DNA of 64,000 nt from NCBI RefSeq assembly GCF_963921235.1, contig NC_086097.1:202370001-202434000 (forward strand), in the 5' to 3' direction. Every line of letters starts with the position of its first letter. The first letter of the stretch is position 1. Both the position numbers and the translations under genes were made by a program. Shown here in pieces: positions 38,201 to 50,200 of the stretch. The notes under the pieces are model-generated. The model was given only the letters and a program-made list of their open reading frames with translations, searched no databases and had not been told where the DNA came from. The DNA is from Mobula hypostoma (lineage: Eukaryota).

Positions 38201-41200
38201 CAGACTCTTAGAGGAACATATCAATAATACAAACAACACCCTTACAATTACAAAGTAATGTCGCGAATGAATGTTGCAATAACAGGAAGGGGTGGTTGCC
38301 TGCTTCCAGGGGTCAGAAGGACATGGACATTACGGTAAAGCAGAAGGTGTGGTCTTTGTGCACCTGAATCATGGAGATCTGTCAGGCTCTGCTGGAATAC
38401 ATCAAGCAGGTCTCTTTAAGGACATGAATGCAGTCTACAAATGCCAATACTTTGGGAAAGACTGAAATGCACACAAGTGCCTATGCCAGCTGTGTGGACT
38501 GGCAAAAAAGTAGATGAACTTTTCTCACCTTGAGTATGGAATTTGAATAACTTAATGCAGTAGTGAAGAGCAGTCTGTGAGATGTGACAGAGATGATCCT
38601 GAGGGTGGGAAGGTGAGAGTGATTTCAATAGGCAAATCAAAATAAGGTTCTGCCTCCATCTCAAAATACAAAATCAACATATTGTAGTAATTCCCAGAAT
38701 TTTCCCAGTGGCTGAATCACTCCAGAAAGGTTTTCAATTATTTCAGAAGTCGCTAACAAGCACTCTACTGCCCACTAATTTCTACTTTAATAACATGCTA
38801 GGAAACAAAAATGGATCTCAACATGCAGTCATCAGCAGAAGCAATCAACTCAAGGAGTTTCTTAACCTTGAAATGACCTTTCTTGTTGCTTCAACTTTTC
38901 AATATCTAAGGCAGGGGTTCCCAACCTGGGATCCACACACCCCTTGATGAATGGTAGGGGTCCACAGCATAAACAATGTTGGGAACCCCTATTCTAAAGC
39001 ATCTGTACCTTCAAAAGAATTGCCATGTCTTTCTCGTCTTATGGATATCTTCTCCCTGCTTGGCTCTCTGTAGCTCAGAGCCCTATTCTAAACTGAGGAT
39101 TGCAGCTAAGTAAACTTGGTTTGATGTTTCTCGACAGCCTGTGACACTAAATGTGGCAGCTGTACATTATATTCCTGAAGTTTCCACCCCCAACATCCAA
39201 TGATGGACAGAAGGCAGAAAAAACATGACAGCAAAAGGTGTCCCGGGCCATCAAAGAGGCAAAGTGTGCACACGCCCAGCAAATCCATAGCACTTCCAAG
39301 ACAGCGGTGACATGCGGCGCAAGTGGAAGGGCATTCAGGACATCAGCAACTACAAGACAACATGACCTGCCTGTGCTGGTGATGCCTCCCTCCCAGATGC
39401 ATTGAACAACTTCTATGCTCGTTTTGAGGCAGAAAATGACGTGGCGGCGAGGAAGACCACCCCTCCTCCAAATGACCAGGTGTTGTGTCTTACCCTGGCC
39501 AATGTGAGGAAAACCCTGTGTTGGGTCAACCCACGGAAGGCTGCTGGACCAGACAATATTCCTGGCAGAGTGCTCAGAGGATATGCAGACCAGCTGGCAG
39601 ATATTCTCACTGACATCCTCAACATCTCCCTGAGCAATGCCGTCATTCCTACATGCTTCAAGGTCACCACCATCGTCCCTGTGCTGAAGAAGTCTTCAGT
39701 GTCCTGCCTCAACGACTACCATCCCGTTGCACTCGCATCCATCATGATGAAGTGTTTTGAGAGGCTCGTCATGAGGCACATCAAGACCCTGCTGCCCCCC
39801 TCACTGGACCCCCTGCAGTTCGCGTACAGTCCCAACCATTCAACAGACAACACCATTGCCATCACCCTCCACCTGGCCCTAACCCAAACCCACCTGGACA
39901 AAAAAGACACATACATTCGAATGCTGTTCATAGACTTCAGTTCAGCATTCAACACAATCATTCGTCAGCACCTGATTGGAAAGCTGAGCCTACTGGGCCT
40001 GAACACCTCCCTCTGCAATTGGATCCTAGACTTCCTGACTGGGAGACCTCAGTCAGTCCGGATTGGAAGCAGCATCTCCAACACCATCACACTGAGCACG
40101 GGAGCCCCAGAGGCCCGTGTGCTCAGTCCACTGCTGTTCACTCTGCTGACCCACGACTGTGCTGCAACACACAGCTCGAACCACATCATCATGTTCGCCG
40201 ATGACACGACCGTGGTGGGTCTCATCAGCAAGAACGATGAGTCAGCATACAGAGAGGAGGTTGCAGCAGCTAACGGACTGGTGCAGAGCCAACAGCCCGT
40301 CTCTGAATATGAATAAAACAAAAGAGATAGTTGTTGACTTCAGGAGGACACGGAGCGACCACTCTCCACTGAACATCAATGACTCCTCCGTAGAGATCGT
40401 TAAGAGCACCAAATTTCTTGGTGTTCACCTGGTGGAGAATCTCACCTGGTCCCTCAACACTAGCTCCATAACAAAGAAAGCCCAGCAGCGTCTCTACTTT
40501 CTGCGAAGGTTGAGAAAAGTCCATCTCCCACCCCCCATCCTCACCACATTCTACAGAGGTTGTATTGAGAGCATCCTGAGCAGCTGTATCACTGCCTGGT
40601 TCAGAAATTGCACCATCTCAGATCGCAAGACCCTGTAGCGGATAGTGAGGTCAGCTGAGAAGATCATCAGAGTCTCCCTTCCTGCCATCACAGACATTTA
40701 CACCACATGTTGCATCCGCAAAGCAAATAGCATTATAGGACCCCACGCACCCCTCATACAAATTCTTCTCCCTCCTGCCATCTGGCAAAAGGCACCAAAG
40801 CATTCGGGCTCTCACAACCAGACTATATAATAGTTTCTTCCCCCAAGCCATCAGACTCCTCAATACCCAGAACTTAGACTGACACCAACGTACTGCCCTC
40901 TACTGTGCCTATTGTCTTGTTTATTATTTATGGTAATGCTGCACTGTTTTGTGCACTTTATGCAGTCCTGGATAGGTCTGTAGTCTAGTGTAGTTTTTGT
41001 GTTGTTTTACATAGATCAGTGTAGTTTTTGTATTATTTCATGTAGCACCATGGTCCTGAAAAACGTCATCTCGTTTTTACTGTGTACTGTACCAGCAGTT
41101 ATGGTCAAAATGACAATAAAAAGTGACTTGACTTGACTTGACTTGAAAAGGTAGACAAGAGAAGACTAACCAAGGATGAAAATCTAGAGAGAACATCAAA

Positions 41201-44200
41201 GCTGATGAAAACAAAGAGGGGAAAAGATAAAACAAAATACGAGAAACACAAGAGTACTTACAGTGAACAACATTTTCAGAGCCACTGCTGGTATCCAAAC
41301 TTGCAATGAGTTCAGATCACCAAGGACTCCAGTACTTGCTGCCCTACATTGCTCAAAACTCAGCACCATTCAGTTTTAAAACTCTTACCCTTTGTGAACA
41401 CCTCCCTGACTCTTTATTGTTGGCTTCCTGTAATTTTTTCCAGCCTCCAACTCTTCCAGTTCTGCACTCTGAAGGTAATTCTTTCACAACTGGTGATCAT
41501 GCATTTGACATTCAAGTCTCTAGCTCAGGAATTCCCTTTCCAAACTATGTCACTTTTGTTTCCTTTAAAATACTGCCTAAAAAATATTTGCTTTAAATGG
41601 CCTGTTCTTGTATTTTGTTTGACAAAGCTCATATTTCTTGTATATTAAAAATTGCATATAAACATCATTGTTATAATTGCTTGCCCGTCGAAGTTAATAT
41701 TATCTATCCTTCATTTTCCTCGGAACCTTCTATTGTGGATGAGCTGGGAGAAAATAGCTGAAGTAGGGGAAAAAAATTGAGAAATTCGAAAGAACTATGA
41801 GATGGATGGGACAGTCAGGAACAAAAAATATGGGAAGAGGATAGAAGAAGCAAATCGAGAGGAAGTATTGAGGTAACTGAGGAATGGAGGAGGGAAAAGA
41901 CAGTAAGTGAAGAAGAAATTTGAAGGGTTATGGAACAAAAGAGTAGGGCAAGGGAATAGAAAAAGGAGAGAGGAAGGATCAACAATAGATCTTTCACCTC
42001 AATCTGAACAACCTTCTGAGAGATTTTGAGTAATGAAAGGAATCTCACAAACAAAATAACTTGTCCTAATAAGGTTAGTGCAGCTGAGAACCAGATCAGC
42101 TGATGGATTCTTTTTTTGTGCCACTGGTGGAAATGAAACAAATCCCTTGAAAGTGAGTTGGCAAATTGACTTGACACAGTTCTTAGAACTAAGCATTATC
42201 CAATAACATCTTTAGAACTTCACTATGTTATAGAAGGTCTAATATATGGAAACAAGGAGTAGTGGATATATTTTGGTATTTTCCCCCCATTGTTCATGTT
42301 GCACTGATTTTTAAACTCTTCCATGACTCTGTTAATATTTGGCCCAGATAGTGCCAAACATCCAGCCAATTCTAGCAGCTTACAGTTTGGCAGGTTGCAT
42401 GAAAAAGGAAATATTTGGACAATTTACATGACATTCCATATTTCCTTATGAGATAAAAAGAAAACATTTAGTTCCAAATGATCTCTGCTAATTTCCCTGT
42501 AATCTATTTCCCCATATTCCCATCAACTCTTCCAGATTATGCCACTCAGAATTTATTTATCATACGCACATACAGTAAAATGTGTCATTTGCTTTGACAA
42601 CCAACCCAAGGTAAGGATATGCTCGTGGCAGACCACAAGTATCGCAACAACAGCAACAAAACAACCCCATTTCCTCCCTCCCATTCACACAAACAAACAG
42701 TTCCCCAACCCCAGAGCAGGCCAGGCCTCCATTGGACTCATGGACTCACAGATATCAGCTTTCAACTTGCCAATACATCAGTGGACTTGCCAACCCAGGA
42801 GTTCAGCCATCAGACCTCGCCATTGGACTTCTGATCAACCTTTGGGCTGTGATCTTCAGTATCCACCCCAGGACTTGCCAGTGACAGACCTCAACCTCCA
42901 GGCCTTGAACTCTGAACTTGCTGTTGGCAGGATGCTGAACTCCAGGCTTTGAAATCTGGGCTCGCTGACTTGTGAGGATGGCATCCTCCCTCACATTCCT
43001 ACCTATTTCCCATATCCACTCACCTGCACTTAACGACAACTGCCAGCGGACAATTAACTTGTCAACCTGCAAAAAATCTGAAGAGCTATGTAGACAGCAG
43101 TTGTGGACGTTTTTTGGCTCTTTATTAAGTCTGTACATTCTGAAAGCAGTGATAGAGGATCAAGATTCAAACAATGGATTTGCTTACACTTCAAAACATG
43201 ATTTTCGATGGTCTGGCTAATAAACTGGGGAGAAGACTGAAGGTGAAAGTTATTGAAAAGTTCCCTTCCCATGGGATATTGGACTAGAAATTTAGCTGTT
43301 TATTTCTGAAATAAGTGAATGAATTTGATTATTTCTGTTGTAATTCCCTAAATGTATGCTCTCTCAAGATTCATTCAAGATTGCTTAATGTCATTTTCCA
43401 GTACACAAGGAGACAAAATAATTGTTAGTCTGGATCTGATACAGCACAAAAAAAACACTAATAATTAAAAATCACAATAAATATAAATACATATGATAGC
43501 TTCTGTACATTGTATGTCTAGACACAGGAGTGTCTGCATGTAAGGTGACTGACAGGAGTTGTTAAAACAACAGGGGTTGTTCGTGGGTGGAGATGCTGAT
43601 CTGCCTTTACAGCTTTGGGAAAGTTACTGTTTTTGAGTCTGGTGGTCCTGTCACAGACTCTACATATTCTCTACATATTTTCTGCAGACAGAAACAGGTG
43701 AATTGATTATGGGGAGCAAGGACATAGCAGACCAATTGAATAATTACTTTGGTTCTGTCTTCACTAAGGAGGACATAAATAATCTTCCAGAAATAGTAGG
43801 GGACAGAGGGTCCAGTGAGATGGAGGAACTGAGCAAAATACATGTTAGTAGGGAAGTGGTGTTAGGTAAATTGAAGGAATTGAAGGCAGATAAATCCCCA
43901 GGGCCAGATGGTCTGCATCCTAGAGTGCTTAAGGAAGTAGCCCAAGAAATAGTGGATGCATTAGTGATAATTTTTCAAAACTCGTTAGATTCTGGACTAG
44001 TTCCTGAGGATTGGAGGGTGGCTAATGTAACCCCACTTTTTAAAAAAGGAGGGAGAGAGAAACCGGGGAATTATAGACCGGTTAGCCTAACGTCGGTGGT
44101 GGGGAAACTGCTGGAGTCAGTTATCAAGGATGTGATAACAGCACATTTGGAAAGCAGTGAAATGATCGGACAAAGTCAGCATGGATTTGTGAAAGGAAAA

Positions 44201-47200
44201 TCATGTCTGACGAATCTCATAGAATTTTTTGAGGATGTAACTAGTAGAGTGGATAGGGGAGAACCAGTGGATGTGGTATATTTGGATTTTCAAAAGACTT
44301 TTGACAAGGTCCCACACAGGAGATTAGTGTGCAAACTTAAAGCACACAGTATTGGGGGTAAGGTATTGGTGTGGGTGGAGAATTGGTTAGCAGACAGGAA
44401 GCAAAGAGTGGGAATAAACGGGACCTTTTCAGAATGGCAGGCGGTGACTAGTGGGGTACCACAAGGCTCAGTGCTGGGACCCCAGTTGTTTACAATATAT
44501 ATTGACTTGGATGAGGGAATTAAATGCAGCATCTCCAAGTTTGCGGATGACACGAAGCTGGGTGGCAGTGTTAGCAGTGAGGAGGATGCTAAGAGGATGC
44601 AGGGTGACTTGGATAGGTTGGGTGAGTGGGCAAACTCATGGCAGATGCAATTTAATGTGGATAAATGTGAAGTTATCCACTTTGTGGCAAAAATAGGAAA
44701 ACAGATTATTATCTGAATGGTGGCCGATTAGGAAAAGGGGAGGTGCAACGAGACCTGGGTGTCATTATATACCAGTCATTGAAAGTGGGCATGCAGGTAC
44801 AGCAGGCGGTGAAAAAGGCGAATGGTATGCTGGCATTTATAGCGAGAGGATTCGAGTACAGGAGCAGGGAGGTACTACTGCAGTTGTACAAGGCCTTGGT
44901 GAGACCACACCTGGAGTATTTTGTGCAGTTTTGGTCCCCTAATCTGAGGAAAGACATCTTTGCCATAGAGGGAGTACAAAGAAGGTTCACCAGATTGATT
45001 CCTGGGATGGCAGGACTTTCATATGAAGAAAGACTGGATGAACTGGGCTTGTACTCGTTGGAATTTAGAAGATTGAGGGGGGATCTGATTGAAACGTATA
45101 AGATCCTAAAGGGATTGGACAGGCTAGATGCAGGAAGATTGTTCCCGATGTTGGGGAAGTCCAGAACGAGGGGTCACAGTTTGAGGATAGAGGGGAAGCC
45201 TTTTAGGACCGAGATTAGGAAAAACTTCTTCACACAGAGAGTGGTGAATCTGTGGAATTCTCTGCCACAGGAAACTGTTGAGGCCAGTTCATTGGCTATG
45301 TTTAAGAGGGAGTTAGATATGGCCCTTGTGGCTACAGGGGTCAGGGGGTATGGAGGGAAGGCTGGGGCGGGGTTCTGAGTTGGATGATCAGCCATGATCA
45401 TAATAAATGGCAGTACAGGCTCGAAGGGCTGAATGGCCTACTCCTGCACCTATTTTCTATGTTTCTATGTTTATGTTTCTATTCTCCTCCCTGATGGCAG
45501 TGGGACAAACAGTCTATCAACAGGTCTGGTGGGATCCATCATGATATGACTGGCCCTTTGCTGGCACGTTTCTGTATATATGTTTTTGATGGCTGGTAAG
45601 CTGGAGCCAGTGATGCTGGGCAGTTCTGTTGACCTTTTATAGGGCTTTCCTGTCCACCTCAGTGCAGTTTCTGTACCATGCAGTGACGCAGCTTGTTAGG
45701 ATACTCTGTACTGCACATCTGTAGAATGATGTGAGGATAGATATCCATAGTCCAGCTCTCTTCAGCCTCCTCAGAAAGTGAAGGCATTGGTGAGCTTTGT
45801 GTAGAATGGGTTCTGGGACCATGAGAGGTTGTACGAGATGTGCACTCCCAGGGTTTGAAACTGTTCACAGTTTCCACTGCTGTGTCGTCAATTATAAATT
45901 CTGATCTACATATCTACCCAACTGACTAGACAATCTTTAATTTCCTGCATCCTGAAGTTTGACTTCTGGTTGTCAGCTGTTGGGTTGCCTATCCCCTTTA
46001 TTTAGAACTGAGCAGTAAGTATGTATTACAAAAAGCAAGGGGCAGAGACTGAGCCATGTGGAACTCCAGCAACAATAATAAACTTCCAGTCACGAAAAGA
46101 GTTGTAAACAGCAACCTTTTGCTTCCAGCTTTGAATCTGTTTCAATACTCTATTGAATCTTAATGCTTTTCACCTTTTTAAAATCAGTGTACATTGTTTT
46201 GTTACATTCCACCAGCCCCGTATAAAAGGTACATCCCCGAGCTAGTGCCAGCCCACCAGTGGGATATCCAAATTATCTTTATTTCTCCAACTGCACCCAT
46301 CCCAATTGGCCTTCATAATCCCTCCCCCCCACCAAAGATGCCAATCCTTGATGGACACTCTCATTCCTCTGACTGCCAACTCCTGCCCCCAGTACTCACT
46401 GATCACTTTCACAATAGACACTGAGGCTTTTGCATTAAAATAAATGCAGTGATGCTTGCTGACACCTACTGCTGCCCTTCCTTTGCCCCCTATCCTTCCC
46501 ACTATCAAGACTTGTTCTAGTTCCTTTGTATAAGTCATCTCCTCTGTCTGCTGCACTGTCATTTTGGGGCCCACTCCCCAGATTCACTTAAACCCTTCCA
46601 AGTAGCACTAACAAACCACCCTGTGAGGATATTCATCCTCCAGTTTGGATGTAATCATCTTTCTTGTACAGGTCACCTCTGTCCCAGAAGAGATACCAAT
46701 GATATAAAAACCTTAATCCCTCCCTTCTACACCAGCTCTTTAGCTATGCATTCATCTATCTTCCTGTTTCAATGCTAAAATCTGGGACAGGGAGTGCTGG
46801 GTGATCAATCACCAGGGCCTGATAGGTCCGGTTTCAGGGTGTTAACAGAAGGAAAGGAAGCTGGGACTCTGGAAATTTTAGCATCTTCATCAACCATCAG
46901 TGAGGTACCAAAAGTCTGGAGGATAGCTAATTTTGTTTCTTTGTTCTAAAAGGGCAACAGGACTAAGCCAGGAAATCACAGGCCAGGAGCGAAATTATTG
47001 CAGAAGGATTTATGTATATATGGAGAGGCAGTCTCATGAGAAGTAGTTAGCATTTAGTTGTGTATTTGTTAATTTTTGTCACATGTAACAAGTTATAGTG
47101 AAAAGCTTGTCTTGCATACTGCTCATATAGATCAAATTATTATACAGTGCATTGAGGTAGAACGAGGTAAAATTTAAAAGAAAACAATGCAGAATGAAGT

Positions 47201-50200
47201 ATAAAAGTCACAGAGAAAGTTCAGTACAGGTAAACAATAAACTACAAGGTCATAATGAGGTAGATTGTGAGGTCAAGAGTCTATCTTGTCATGCAGGCAG
47301 TCTATTCAAGAATCTGACAACAGTAGCGTAGCTTCCCTCCTCCCTCCTAACTGACTCCTCATCTTTTTCTTCCTCCAGTCCTGAAGCATTGACTATACTA
47401 TTTTCTTTAGATGCTGCCTAGCTTGCTGAGTTCCTCCAGCATTTTATGTGTGTTGCTTGGATTTCCAGCATCTGCAGATTTTCTCTTGTTTTGGTAGTGG
47501 GATAGAAGTTGTTCTTGTACATGTTTTAAGGCTTTGTAAAGATTGGCACAACAAATGCCGGTATTACGCCTCCGTTGGTCAGTGGCGACCATGGATGTTG
47601 TGTCTTAGCTGTCTAGGTATGCAAGCCAGGGCAGTACAATATGGAGAGCAAACTGTTGCCCATGTAGCAAGCTCCCCCTCTCCATGCATCTGATGAACCA
47701 AAGGTACGGCAGAGACCAATACAGTTTGGCACCAGCAGCGTCGCAGAGGCTGCCAGTCAGCATTGAAGTCAACATAGGACTGCCTTAGGGATTCCAGCTC
47801 CGAAATTTTCTCCTGGAGTTTACATCCAAAGTCCAAGTGGGTATGGCTGCAAGGCAGCAGAGGTTTGAGATCAGGGTTTTCCTTCTGCAAGATGAGCCAC
47901 CAACCATAGCTGATGAGCCCCCATCTACCTGAAGCGACTGGTTTGATGGTGCCCACCTTTGCCCCTTATCCCGACAGTAGAAATAGTTTTGCCAAACTTA
48001 ATACCTAAGTCTCGTGTGAAGTCTAGGAGTTGACTTCGACTGTTAGAGGCTATTTGAGGTGTATGCCATTGGGAGCATTTAATAGGTACTGGAAACTTAT
48101 TCCAATTAGGCTATAACAGCCTTAAGGAACCAGTATACTCCTCTACAATCTTCATTGAATCAGAATTGGCAGCCTGGGTTAATGGTGGAAGATGGAATGC
48201 AATTTTGTTGCATGTGATTCACAGTGCCCAGTTCTATGCTGCTAGTTGACAATCATTCTGCTTTAGTGCAATGTTAATGCTACACAAGGAGGAAGGCATT
48301 CTCTGTGTGAGTGTATGGTTTTGTATTCACAAAAATTATTCTTACTAATATTTTAATAGACAGATGCAAATAGAAAAGAAAGGTTGGTGTAGAAGAGGTC
48401 ATAAGGTTTTATCCTTGCATTTATTTTCGGGCAATCATGTCAATCTGCCAATTGAGTCCTTTCTGGTTTGGCCAGCTCAGTTGGTATTATTGCTACTGAG
48501 CTGTTCTTAGGAGTTAGAAGATGATGGTCCCCTTCTTCCCTGTGGTGATTCACTTGGAGGATTACTGTTTGGTTATTTGGGACTGGAAAATTGTGCTGAT
48601 CAGTAAGAATTTTCCTAGCCTATATTTGATCTGATTTTGTGAAATTTCAAAGATTGTAAAGTCAGTTTTGAGATCTGTCAAGGCAACAACCTGTGTTAGT
48701 TGACAAGCCCTGCTGCTAGGCCAAGACATAATTAACTAAGGACATGTTTCGAAGAGTCTGTGCCTTTAATAATTCTCTAGATCATTATACCTACAGAATT
48801 ATTCCCATACTAGACAGCAGAATGTGTACAAATGACTTTACGTTGAAAATCATTTTTAATTGGATTTCTTTATCATTATTTGAAAGCTTTCCTTGAAAAT
48901 GCCAGCAGAATGTCATGGTTTGCAGTGTAATGTTGACAAATTCCAAGAACAAATTAAACATGTCAAATGAAAAGAGATTATTTTGATGTTTGAGAAGTTA
49001 CTAAAAGTCAAAATGGCATGAGTTTTCAATGACTTTCACTATTTCATTATATTAATGTGAACTTTTCATTCCCAAGCAAAATCCAATTTCTATTTCATGT
49101 CTTACAGAAAAAGGTGACACTAAACAGTTTTCTGGATACCTTGATGTCTGATCCCCCACCACAGTGTCTCGTCTGGTTACCACTTATGCATCGCCTTGCT
49201 AATGTTGAAAATGGTAAGTTATCAACAATTTCATCTATGTACGTTTCTCTTTGTGGCAGTAACAATGGCAAAACTTCCAGAGTTCTTTGTTACTACTCCG
49301 TGAAACTGACAACAACTTCATACATTTAACGCATGAATCCGATGGGGACCAATATTCTTGTGGGCAGGTTTACAAGAGCTGCTGGGACTGGTTTAAACTG
49401 GCCCTCGCTGGCCTCGTTAAGGCCTACTTCCAGGACGTGCAGCTATGTTTGACAACAGCAGATTACACCACAGTGTGGAAACATCTGGAAGTGGGAATCA
49501 TGGTCAGTTGTACCACCTCCCTGCTTGCCTTCACCATGTCCATGGAGGTGATTACTAGAGCATCTCAAAAGGTGGTTGGAGGACAGCGCATAAGACTTGG
49601 CCTGAGGCTGCCACCTATCAGAGCATACATGGGCGATCTCACAACACTCACCACGACCAAGGCTTGTACTGTACGCCCGTTGAGAAAGCTTCAACAGAAT
49701 ATCTAGCAGGTTTGGCTGAAGATCAAGCTGAGCAAGTCCAGGAGCATCTCTATCACCAAGGGGAAGCTGGTAGACCAACTCTTGTACATGGGCAATGAGA
49801 CGATTCTAACAGTCTTCGAGAAGCCTGTGAAGAGCCTAGGTTGGTGGTATAACGCATCCCTCAAAGACACAGAGCAGGTAGATCGGCTCAGGAAGGATGC
49901 CGTCAGTGGCCTCGAGAGCATCGACAGAACCACACTCCCTGGCAAGTTGAAGCTCTAGTGTACACAATTTGGGCTCCTTCCATGCCTCATGTGGCCATTA
50001 ACCCTGTATGAAGTTCCAATCTCGAAGGTGGAAAAGCTGGGGAGACTGATCAGCTCGAATGTAAGGAAGTGGCTTGGTCTTCCCAGGTGCCTCAGCAGCA
50101 TAGGGCCCTACGACAAAGGAGTCCTAGAGCGACCCATTTCCAGTCTTTCAGAGGAGTACAAGTACACCAAAGTAAGATGGAGATGATGTTAACAGAGGCG

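Noticed and set aside
47905..47940. CTGATGA...GAAG, hammerhead-like
   Set aside because: No stem II, no GAAA and no stem I pairing.
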